Below are positions 28,949 to 37,747 of a stretch of DNA of 64,000 nt, piece by piece. Within the stretch, counting starts at the first letter, position 1, and each line of letters begins with the position of its first letter. Under the pieces are notes generated by a model. It searched no databases. It was not told the DNA's origin and saw nothing but the letters and a program-made list of their open reading frames with translations. The translations under genes and the position numbers were made by a program. The DNA comes from Spirochaetota bacterium (GTDB lineage: Bacteria > Spirochaetota > Spirochaetia > Treponematales > UBA12059), in the NCBI GenBank assembly GCA_029547205.1, contig JAKPPT010000142.1, forward strand, positions 6,628-70,627, read 5' to 3'.

Positions 28949-29527
28949 TTATTTCTCCAATACAGTTGTTTCCCGAGCACTATGAAAAACCTCATTATAG
29001 AGGCTTGTAAAATTAGCTTCACCAAGCTCTTTCTTAAACTGTTTGAGCCGTTCAAGAATTTGCAATTTCAAACAGTATGCAATGAGATATTCAGTATTAA
29101 AAAATTGGTTTACTTCAAGCATGGAAATATAGTTCCACCGTTCTCTTTCAAGGAGGAGTTCTGCTTCAAGCGGGTTTTCTTGAGCGAACACAAGCTGGGC
29201 AGTTTTCTGACCATTCCATTCAGGCAATGATGGCCGATAAAACAATTCAGCCTGTTTTTTTAAACGGTTTGCACGGAGCCGCACAAGTTCATTGCGGAGC
29301 GCTCGCTCCCAGCTAAAATAGGAATTGAGTACAAGTGATGCTTGAGCACGTTTTGCTTTTTTATCATCGAGCGGAGGAGCCATGAGTTCGGCAATTTCTA
29401 AAAGCTCCATATCCTGTTTCGAAACAAAACGGCGGGCAGTTTCTAAAAACTCAGCATGGCTTACAGCATGTGTACCATCAAAAAAGAGTGTCGATAAGGT
29501 ACTTACAAAGTAATAGTAGGCAGCCAT
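28949..29527 (-). CDS. DUF2764-like protein embedded in the V-ATPase operon (possible C/d-like subunit)
   Basis: 192-aa helical ORF in the conserved slot between subunits E and A, as in the spirochaete and chlamydial V-ATPase operons I recall. Function not established. Confidence 0.6.
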   Translation of the reverse strand: MAAYYYFVSTLSTLFFDGTHAVSHAEFLETARRFVSKQDMELLEIAELMAPPLDDKKAKRAQASLVLNSYFSWERALRNELVRLRANRLKKQAELFYRPSLPEWNGQKTAQLVFAQENPLEAELLLERERWNYISMLEVNQFFNTEYLIAYCLKLQILERLKQFKKELGEANFTSLYNEVFHSARETTVLEK

Positions 29528-29530
29528 AGC

Positions 29531-30139
29531 CTATTTCACAGCCTCTTTCATTATCGCTAGAAGCCTCTCGTTAATAAAAGCACCAAACAGCTCCGCTAAT
29601 GCTTCTGCACTGCAGTCATAGTATGCAGAACCATCTTTTTCTCCAATCCGGAAACCAGCATTGATCGATTTGACGGGCTTTACCTCAAGACCTTTTTTTA
29701 CAAGCGCTGCAAGTTCCTGATTGATAAATGCCTCTACAGCCTGTTTATCCTGCTCCGATACCATCAATACAGGATTATGGGCAGTATCTTTTGCCCAGGC
29801 TTCAAGAACAGGTGGTATCGCCTTTTTAATAACGTCGATACTGTATGCATCCTTAACCTTATGAGCAATGATACGGTTTACCACACGGAGTATCTCTTCT
29901 TTAAAAGAATTGATAAGATCCCGTGATGCCTGTACAAGCGCAGTTCTACTTGCAGCTTCGGTATGCTCAGCCTCTTCCCGGGCGCGTTGTATTATGAGCG
30001 CTGCCTGTTTTTCTGCATCTGTGATGATAGCTGTCTTTTTTGCCTCGGCTTCTGCAATAATTGCATCAGCCTTGGACTTTGCGTCATTGATACCATCCTG
30101 TTTGATACGTTCTAATAATTCCTGTACCCGTATATCCAT
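29531..30139 (-). CDS. atpE: V-type ATP synthase subunit E
   Basis: The long N-terminal helix MDIRVQELLERIKQDGINDAKSKADAIIAEAEAKKTAIITDAEKQAALIIQRAREEAE plus a globular C-terminus is the typical E stator subunit layout. Confidence 0.75.
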   Translation of the reverse strand: MDIRVQELLERIKQDGINDAKSKADAIIAEAEAKKTAIITDAEKQAALIIQRAREEAEHTEAASRTALVQASRDLINSFKEEILRVVNRIIAHKVKDAYSIDVIKKAIPPVLEAWAKDTAHNPVLMVSEQDKQAVEAFINQELAALVKKGLEVKPVKSINAGFRIGEKDGSAYYDCSAEALAELFGAFINERLLAIMKEAVK

Positions 30140-30163
30140 GCTCTATCCCCTTTTATGAGTTTA

Positions 30164-30529
30164 TTACAATGTTTCATCGGCTTCACAGTAGCCTTTGAGT
30201 TTATCAATTTTTCGTTCTAAAAGTGGAATCAGTACCACTGGCAGATCTTGATCAGTAACAATCGTTCTAATGAATTCCTTGAGTGCTTTCGCCATGTCAT
30301 CAGCAGTATGTATATTTGCTGGTGCAAATGATGCCAGTTTTTGATGTATCATTTTCAAGCCAGCTTCTTCATGCTTCAGGAGTGATTCATTTTCCATATA
30401 CACATAGTTAGTAATTTCAGCATTCTTAAAGCGGCTTTCCCAGGATTCTTCAAGTATATGGATATCTTCTATAATATCGAGTATTTCTGCAGCGAATAAA
30501 ATATGCAAATGTCTACAAGCAGATGGCAT
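30164..30529 (-). CDS. Hypothetical 121-aa protein at the head of the V-ATPase operon
   Basis: GAGGAG lies 8 nt upstream of ATG 30529 (MPSACRHLHILF...). The track start 30634 adds an implausible hydrophobic extension. The gene ends 24 nt before atpE. Confidence 0.45.
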   Translation of the reverse strand: MPSACRHLHILFAAEILDIIEDIHILEESWESRFKNAEITNYVYMENESLLKHEEAGLKMIHQKLASFAPANIHTADDMAKALKEFIRTIVTDQDLPVVLIPLLERKIDKLKGYCEADETL

Positions 30530-30689
30530 TACGAGCGCTCCTCGTATGAAGTATCTAACAATTACATCATTATTATAGAAAAGACAAAAAAAAGCAAGTA
30601 AAAGAATAACGAAAATGCTAGGTACTCTACACAATATTGAATTGTAATGATACTATTGACTACAGAACTGTGTAGAGGAGTCCCATAGC

Positions 30690-33017
30690 ATGGAACAAAA
30701 AGATTACCGACTTGCTGCCATTATGTACACTGATATCGTTGGATTTTCACGCATGATGGAACATGACGAAGCTGGAACATTGGCGCTTTTAAGCTTTCAT
30801 AACAAGCTTGTCACCGAAATAACTCACAAACATGGCGGCACTATTATAAAAACTATTGGGGACGCCTTTCTTGTTGATTTTCGTAGTACCGTTAGTGCAC
30901 TGAAATGCGCAATGGAAATCCAGGATGCAATCTATGCATATAACAGTGAGCATCAGGAAAAACCGCTGCTCCTGCGCATTGGGATTCATCTTGGCGATAT
31001 ATATTTTTATGAAAATGATGCTCTGGGAGATGGAATCAATATTGCTGCACGACTCCAGGGAATGGCACGACCCGGCACAATCTGTATTTCTCAGGATGTT
31101 TACAATCAAGTACTCAATAAGCTCGATTTTCAAGCTGAGAAGCTTGGTAAAGTTTCACTAAAAAATATCAGCAAGGAAATTCATGCATACGAAATAGTTA
31201 GCAACAATATCCAGTTTGATCCTAACAAAGATAAACCGCGCACTGGCTATATCAGCACCGATAGCGATCATGGTACCACCATAAAACCACAAACATTACA
31301 AGAAACATCAGTTACCCCTGATACCGTTGCCAGTGCACAAACTCGATTTGCATCACTCAAAGAAACAATCAAGCAAAAAAGTCTAAGCTTACCGCGAAGG
31401 CTTACGATTGAGGAAGCACTCAAACGATATGGTGATGGTTCTGTAGAAGTGCAGGAAATTGTAGCAGAACTCGCACAAGAAGGTATTCTGCTAAGAAGCT
31501 ATGCTTCACCTGAAACGCCTCAAGCTCCTGATTCAGAACCAGGATCAAATTCCGAGGATGTAGCTGCATATATCGGAAAAACCGTTGAAGACGTTGTGAG
31601 AACGATAGAAGCAAGAGTTTCTGAATGGCAGAAATCCAGATCTGGCAGAAATCGTTCAAGCGGAAGATCATCACATCGGAGACTGGATGACACTTACATA
31701 TCATCAACGCAGTTCGAACCTCCTAAGATGCCGGAAATTCCTCTCAACATACTCTCAAAAACAGAGATAAAACAAAAAATAAAAGAACTTATCAAACAAG
31801 AAAGTGAAGAGCTTCCAACAGGCAAATGGGATAAGGAGATACCCGAAAGCGAGTATTTTGCACCTGGTAAAGAAGAACTTATAAACGATTTTGAAACCTA
31901 CAAAGAAGCAAGTGAAGATAAAAGCACAAAAGCAATTGGCGGTTTTGTAGGAAACAAACTTTCATTCACAGCTTTTAATGGTGCTTTTTGGGGTTACATT
32001 TATCCAAAATTTACACCAGGAGTTATGTTATGGCCTGCGATTGTCACTGCAGGCTGGGGCACTGGTATAATCAACAATCTGGCTAGCATTATTCGGAAAA
32101 GACAAAAAGTTAAAGAATTGCGAAAAATGCCTTATCTCGAAGGTGATACTTTAAAACAATATAAAAAATTAAACAGGACACGCGACAGCATGGCTTCTCA
32201 TATTGCTAAGGTAATAAGTGTTCCTGCACTTCTTGGTGTTATCAATTGGGTCCTTACACCTGGTTTCTGGTGGGCAATTATCCCCAGTATTTTTATAGTG
32301 CTGTCATTTTTAGGACATCTTGGTGCCTATCCTGCAACGGTAGCAAATCTAAAACGCAAAATATGTGAACACATGGGCGTACAATCATGGAAAGAGCTTT
32401 TTTCACTTCCTAAAATAAAACCGCGTAAAAGAATGCCAGCAGAAGACGATTACCTTGCATCTGCAGAAGCATTGCGAGAAGATATCGTCCAGCTTATAGA
32501 AACAAATACAACCCTCTATAATGACGAAGCACTAAAACCTGCAGTTGACAGCTATATCAACCAGATAAAATTGCTTACAGCTAGCATTAACGAAATAGAT
32601 GCAATAGTAAATAGCATTCCGCAGGAAGCGCTCAAAAATGATAAAGCTGTATTACTGCGCAAACTAGCAGAAGTACAGAACCCTATACTCAAAGAAGAAA
32701 TACAAAAGTCAATTTCAGAAATCGAAAAACAGGAACATGCTGTTAAGGAACTTGTTGACCAGAATGATATTCTTAAATTACGGATTAAATCATCTATCAA
32801 TACCCTAAACCAGCTTAAACTCGACATGATCAGGCTTAAAGCAATGCCAGCAGCGGAGACACATTCTGCACTGGAGACAGTGCGTGCAAGAACTCATGAA
32901 CTTTCTCAGTACATTTCCGATCTCCATGCAGGATATATCGAAAGCACAAAAGATCCGTTTGCTGAACTTGAAAGACTGGCAAAAGAAGAAGAACTTAAAA
33001 ATAAAGAAAAAACCTAA
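30690..33017 (+). CDS. Class III adenylate/guanylate cyclase fused to a 4-TM and coiled-coil C-terminal module
   Basis: AIMYTDIVGFSRMME, GGTIIKTIGDAFLVDF, LRIGIHLGDIYFYENDALGDGINIAARLQ. Metal-binding Asp residues, Lys, Asn and Arg are all present. Downstream come two hydrophobic hairpins and a long coiled coil. Confidence 0.85.
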   Translation: MEQKDYRLAAIMYTDIVGFSRMMEHDEAGTLALLSFHNKLVTEITHKHGGTIIKTIGDAFLVDFRSTVSALKCAMEIQDAIYAYNSEHQEKPLLLRIGIHLGDIYFYENDALGDGINIAARLQGMARPGTICISQDVYNQVLNKLDFQAEKLGKVSLKNISKEIHAYEIVSNNIQFDPNKDKPRTGYISTDSDHGTTIKPQTLQETSVTPDTVASAQTRFASLKETIKQKSLSLPRRLTIEEALKRYGDGSVEVQEIVAELAQEGILLRSYASPETPQAPDSEPGSNSEDVAAYIGKTVEDVVRTIEARVSEWQKSRSGRNRSSGRSSHRRLDDTYISSTQFEPPKMPEIPLNILSKTEIKQKIKELIKQESEELPTGKWDKEIPESEYFAPGKEELINDFETYKEASEDKSTKAIGGFVGNKLSFTAFNGAFWGYIYPKFTPGVMLWPAIVTAGWGTGIINNLASIIRKRQKVKELRKMPYLEGDTLKQYKKLNRTRDSMASHIAKVISVPALLGVINWVLTPGFWWAIIPSIFIVLSFLGHLGAYPATVANLKRKICEHMGVQSWKELFSLPKIKPRKRMPAEDDYLASAEALREDIVQLIETNTTLYNDEALKPAVDSYINQIKLLTASINEIDAIVNSIPQEALKNDKAVLLRKLAEVQNPILKEEIQKSISEIEKQEHAVKELVDQNDILKLRIKSSINTLNQLKLDMIRLKAMPAAETHSALETVRARTHELSQYISDLHAGYIESTKDPFAELERLAKEEELKNKEKT

Positions 33018-33083
33018 TATAGCAAAATTGAATTTGCATATTATAATTTTTCTCATATACTTCTTTAGTAAAAGGATACTTAT

Positions 33084-34874
33084 ATGAAATTTTTTACTAA
33101 AGTTCAAATTATTGTTATTTTTGCATGTCTTCTAATTGCTGCTGTACTGTTCACTATATCTGTGTTCTTGATGCAACAAACGCTTCTTAAGCAGTACCAG
33201 AGTCAAGCACTCAGCCTGGCAAAAACTGCAGCAGAAACCATACAACCAGAACAATTCGCTCAATTATCTCAAGAACTTTCTGAAGATAATGAGTATTACA
33301 GTATTTTATACTCAAAGCTACATATCCTGTATCGTGGATTTAGTCCGCATTACTTATATACGCTCATAAAAACACCAGAGAATAAGCTCATTTATATTGT
33401 TGATGGTATGGACAACACTGCAGATGACTTTAGCGCGATTGGTACTGAAGACAGTTTAGAAAACTATGAACCAGAACTTATTGAGACTTTTAATGGAAAA
33501 CCAACTGTAACGAAAATTCTTAAATCAGAGGATTGGGGAGAACTACTCTCTGCTTACTATCCAATTAAAAACATCGATGGAACAGTAATCGGAGTAGCAG
33601 GTTGTGATATCAGTGCTGGCAGTATACGCCAGGTGCTATATACTTTTCTAAAGACCTTTTTAATTTTTTTTATCTCATCATTAGGGGTAATAGTTATTTT
33701 AACAGTTTTGTCAGTGAAACTCTCAACCCAGAGGCTTCAAACAATAATATATACAATTTCAAAAATGGGAACTAATATTTCGATCCGATTTAAAGAAACA
33801 GGCAAAGACGAAATTACAGATCTTGCAAAATCGCTTAATTCGCTTTTGGAAAATTTTAATAATGTTTTTTTAACAATTGGAAAAAACAGTTCAAACCATA
33901 TTGATGTTTGTTCAAACATAGAAAGTATGAATTTAAATTTAGCACAGGAAACTGAAATAATTGTCAATAATATAAAAAAATTATCTGAATCAATTATTAA
34001 TCTTGGAAGCATACTGGAGACAACAAAAGCCGTTGCTCAAGAAACTGATAATTACATTATGGATTCTCATACAATTATAGGGAAGAGCATTAATTCGGTA
34101 AAAACCACTAGTGCTGTACTCGAAAACCATGTAAATGATATCAAGCTTCTGGGGAAACGTGCAGAAGAAAACATCTCTATTATAAATGAAATTGAGGAAA
34201 TAAAAGTAAAGGAACTTGAAGCCACAAGTGAAATTTACAAAGTAATATCAAAGATACAAACAGTTGCAGAACGTATTGCTCCTGTCATGTTATCAATAAA
34301 TGATATTGCAGAAAACACAAATCTATTGGCAATGAATGCAGCTATAGAAGCTGCGCATGCTGGCCAGGCTGGAAAAGGCTTCGCAGTAGTTGCACAGGAA
34401 ATCAGGAAACTATCACAATTGGCAGGACAGCGTGCTCAAGAAATTAAACATGAACTTGATACAATTCAGCACACCGTTCAAGAAGCTACGGCAATTACAA
34501 CCTATTCACGGCAAAACATAGAAAAATCATCAGAGAAAACAAATCAATTTTTCGCAGATCTTAAAACGATGATTCAATCATTGCAAAACCTTGGTGAGAG
34601 TGCAACTTTTATTCTTTCTTTTATTAAATCAATTGCTGAAGCAAATGACAATATTGAGCATCTCAGTGATAATTTTGCATCTAAATCGAGCGAAACACTC
34701 GAGCTTGTAGAAACAGGTAATAATTTAAAGAATATTATTACTGCCAGAATCGAAGAAATATTAAACACAATAAAAACTATAGAAGCAAATAATACTGTAA
34801 TAAAAAATATGAATGAATTGCTGCGATCAAGTGCTTCTGAACTTGCAAATTCAATTGCTAACTTTAAGGTATGA
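33084..34874 (+). CDS. Methyl-accepting chemotaxis protein with a Cache-like periplasmic sensor
   Basis: N-terminal TM, a periplasmic region of about 150 aa, a second TM, a HAMP-like region, and the canonical hairpin tip [33 protein letters not shown]. Confidence 0.9.
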   Translation: MKFFTKVQIIVIFACLLIAAVLFTISVFLMQQTLLKQYQSQALSLAKTAAETIQPEQFAQLSQELSEDNEYYSILYSKLHILYRGFSPHYLYTLIKTPENKLIYIVDGMDNTADDFSAIGTEDSLENYEPELIETFNGKPTVTKILKSEDWGELLSAYYPIKNIDGTVIGVAGCDISAGSIRQVLYTFLKTFLIFFISSLGVIVILTVLSVKLSTQRLQTIIYTISKMGTNISIRFKETGKDEITDLAKSLNSLLENFNNVFLTIGKNSSNHIDVCSNIESMNLNLAQETEIIVNNIKKLSESIINLGSILETTKAVAQETDNYIMDSHTIIGKSINSVKTTSAVLENHVNDIKLLGKRAEENISIINEIEEIKVKELEATSEIYKVISKIQTVAERIAPVMLSINDIAENTNLLAMNAAIEAAHAGQAGKGFAVVAQEIRKLSQLAGQRAQEIKHELDTIQHTVQEATAITTYSRQNIEKSSEKTNQFFADLKTMIQSLQNLGESATFILSFIKSIAEANDNIEHLSDNFASKSSETLELVETGNNLKNIITARIEEILNTIKTIEANNTVIKNMNELLRSSASELANSIANFKV

Positions 34875-34886
34875 TGAATTACTTAA

Positions 34887-36461
34887 TTATAAACTAGAAT
34901 CTCTCTTTTCATAACCACCTTCAAGAATGTCAATCGTTAAAAGTTGAGTACGGTAATCAATATAATGACTATATGCTTCGCTCAATGCCGATAGTGCTTT
35001 AAGCATTTCATTTAAAAAGTCAGCCTCTGAACCTGACCCCATTGATATGGTTACTTTTTTTGAAGCTAGCTGTGCAACATAAAGCTCCTGTTTGAGCATT
35101 GCATATTCTATGCGGGTAACAAGCATGTTCAGCGCACTCATTGTTTGGTCCAATGTAAGAATAAGATTTGCTTTTCCTTCTTCCAGTTTTACTCGTCCTT
35201 CCTCAAGTTCAGCTCGTGCTTTTTCTGCTTCTGCTTTCTTACCAGGGCTGCCAAAAATATTGCCCTGTGTCGCAATACTGATTGTTATTTGATAATCATC
35301 TTTACGTGCCCAATCTGTTTCTATAAATGGAAATCTTGGCCCGCTATATGAAACTTCAAGATGTAATCCCAGATCGGGCAGCCCTTTAGCCTGAATCTGT
35401 GCAATCTCTACAAGTATTTGTTTTGCTTCGAGATAGATACTACCTAACAAAATATCATAATTATTGTATAACGTCAGTTCTCGTAATGTATCTAAATCAG
35501 TTAACGGAAGAACCTCAATTGGTAACAATTCGAGAGACAGTGATTCCATCGTAAGTGATTTCAATCCTGTTAAAGCTGCAAGTTCTGTTAAGAGTTTTTG
35601 TTTTTTTTCATTGAGCACACTGACTGCAAGATCTATTTCTTTAATATTTATCTTTATTGTTAGATAATCGGTTTCTGTAATAAAACCAGCTTTTTTATTT
35701 TGCTCAGTTAGTTCTAATAGTCTGGCACCAATTTTTTGCTCCAATTTTAAAATATTCTCTATTTCTTTTATATAGCACAGCGATTCAAATATTCCTCGCA
35801 GCCTGATACTTTTTTCGTGTATTATTTTTTTAACATATAGCTCTGCTGCCTGAATATTTACATATCCAGCATCAATACCAAGGCTAATTTTACCCCATGT
35901 CCAGAGAGGCATATCTCCTACTATTTTAAACTGATACAGTGTATTTTCCATTCCCTGATAGATTTTTACATCCTCTGGTGGCAGATACACAGAAGTTCCT
36001 GGTGTCAACTGATTATCAACAATACCAAACTCACCTTTTTTTATGACAATTGGATCAACGGGATTCCCAATATAAGTACCGCTCGTTTCAAGTTTGAATA
36101 CTGGTAGCCGCTGTGCTTTTGCCCCCTGCAGATTTCCATGTGCAACCATAACACTTTGCCTGGCAGATTGTATTGAAGGATTATTCTGGAACAGTAAAAA
36201 CAGGAGATCTTCCAACTTAAACTGCTTCTTATTCTTAATTGATTCCACATATTCACGCTGACCTGTATTCTGCATCATAGCAGCAAGCATTTCACCTGTT
36301 CTTGTAAATATTTTATTACCTTGAGAGAGTCCGAGATACCTCTCAACAAATATCGTATATGCACTGTAGTAATCTTCCTGAGCAGAAAGCTGAACAGATA
36401 AACCTATAAGCCAGAGAATCAGTAAAATTTTTATGCTATGCCTTACTTGCCTTGCTTTCAT
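34887..36461 (-). CDS. TolC-family outer membrane efflux protein
   Basis: Signal peptide, two helical/beta repeat halves, and last position in the RND operon. The start overlaps the upstream stop. Confidence 0.7.
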   Translation of the reverse strand: MKARQVRHSIKILLILWLIGLSVQLSAQEDYYSAYTIFVERYLGLSQGNKIFTRTGEMLAAMMQNTGQREYVESIKNKKQFKLEDLLFLLFQNNPSIQSARQSVMVAHGNLQGAKAQRLPVFKLETSGTYIGNPVDPIVIKKGEFGIVDNQLTPGTSVYLPPEDVKIYQGMENTLYQFKIVGDMPLWTWGKISLGIDAGYVNIQAAELYVKKIIHEKSIRLRGIFESLCYIKEIENILKLEQKIGARLLELTEQNKKAGFITETDYLTIKINIKEIDLAVSVLNEKKQKLLTELAALTGLKSLTMESLSLELLPIEVLPLTDLDTLRELTLYNNYDILLGSIYLEAKQILVEIAQIQAKGLPDLGLHLEVSYSGPRFPFIETDWARKDDYQITISIATQGNIFGSPGKKAEAEKARAELEEGRVKLEEGKANLILTLDQTMSALNMLVTRIEYAMLKQELYVAQLASKKVTISMGSGSEADFLNEMLKALSALSEAYSHYIDYRTQLLTIDILEGGYEKRDSSL

Positions 36462-37747
36462 TAGTGTACCCTAAGAACAATAAATGGATTTTGATCGGGC
36501 ATTAGATTTGATGGTGCTCCACTGTCACATGTATAAGGGCTAATAGACCATGTCACTGGAACTTTTCCCGTCTTTTTATCTTCCGGGTTCGTAATATCAC
36601 TAAGCTCCCAAACCAATTCGCCAAAATTAAAAAATCCATCTTCTATTCCTGTTTGTGTACTTTGTGGTGCAGCTGTTACGATATACGATTTCGTACCCCC
36701 AGTAGGAATGGTTAGCGTAATTTCTACACCGCTTATGCCTTGACCTGTACTGTTGTTAACAACACGACCTGAAACTGTTGATCGGAAACGCCACCGTTGT
36801 AATGTTACTGTGCCAGCATCAATTGGTTGCTCATTTGCTGGTATCTCAGGAGAAAGCATATACCAATCGCTATTATCTCCTTGCATAGCATTTCTTCCAT
36901 TTTTATTGATATCACGGTCTCCGTACACCAAACCGTTATTAATACTGGTACCCAGCGGGTTTCCTTCTGTTGGGTCTTCTGCTCTCCAATCTAAATGTGG
37001 CCACGTTATAAGCACTTTAGTTTTGTTAACTGTATCAGACATACCTGGCATTTTTTTAAACCGTATAGTAATTGACCACGTCCCATCAGTATCAGTTGTT
37101 GTTGTATATGTTGGGCTGTTTGGGAAAATGAGGCTGCTATCAGAAACGGATCCTCCTGAATATGACCAGCAATCAGGGACATACACTGCAATACTTGTAT
37201 TAGCAAGTGGTGTATTATCTTTCCAGTTGAGTACTTTCCCAAATATTCTCCCTTTATTCCAGATATCCTCAATTTCCATAACAGGTAATTCTGTTGTAAC
37301 ATCAGATACTATAAAATAAGGATTTTCGTTTTTAACTAGTCCGTAATCGGGATGATATACGAGTAAAAAAATCTCTATTCGATCCGCAGTTTTCCCAAAT
37401 TGTGAAAAATAAGTATGCCATATAATCCCGGAAATTTGAAAATTGCCCTGTGCATTAGTCACAGTGCTCTGAAAATAATTATATTCTGATCTTCCTGGAG
37501 CATCAGGAAGTGTTGTCAAATCACCTTCTCGGTAGTTCGAAAAATCCTTTTCCCATGCTTTTTTCTCAGTATAGAGAAACACCCTTGCGTCAGCAATTCC
37601 CTGAACTGTCCCTTGTTCCCGCAGCTCTTTATCAATAATTCTTCCATTGATTGAAGAGGTAAAAACCATTGAACAACCCATACTCACATGTAGTACTATA
37701 AAAATTACACTGTACCAATAAACCAGACACGATGAATTCCTATTCAT
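36461..37747 (-). CDS. Probable lipoprotein with three carboxypeptidase-regulatory-like (Ig-like) repeats, encoded inside the RND operon
   Basis: The N-terminus VLHVSMGCS may be a relaxed lipobox. Three segments match the CarboxypepD_reg pattern: INGRIIDKEL..IADARVFLY, GRIFGKVLNWKDNTPLANTSIAVY and VSGRVVNNSTGQGISGVEITL. The gene overlaps both neighbours. Confidence 0.55.
   Translation of the reverse strand: MNRNSSCLVYWYSVIFIVLHVSMGCSMVFTSSINGRIIDKELREQGTVQGIADARVFLYTEKKAWEKDFSNYREGDLTTLPDAPGRSEYNYFQSTVTNAQGNFQISGIIWHTYFSQFGKTADRIEIFLLVYHPDYGLVKNENPYFIVSDVTTELPVMEIEDIWNKGRIFGKVLNWKDNTPLANTSIAVYVPDCWSYSGGSVSDSSLIFPNSPTYTTTTDTDGTWSITIRFKKMPGMSDTVNKTKVLITWPHLDWRAEDPTEGNPLGTSINNGLVYGDRDINKNGRNAMQGDNSDWYMLSPEIPANEQPIDAGTVTLQRWRFRSTVSGRVVNNSTGQGISGVEITLTIPTGGTKSYIVTAAPQSTQTGIEDGFFNFGELVWELSDITNPEDKKTGKVPVTWSISPYTCDSGAPSNLMPDQNPFIVLRVH

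Noticed and set aside
36753-37319. 188-aa plus-strand track ORF.
   Set aside because: It lies antisense to the operon-embedded lipoprotein gene, whose frame is supported by overlaps with both neighbours and by the repeated domain pattern.
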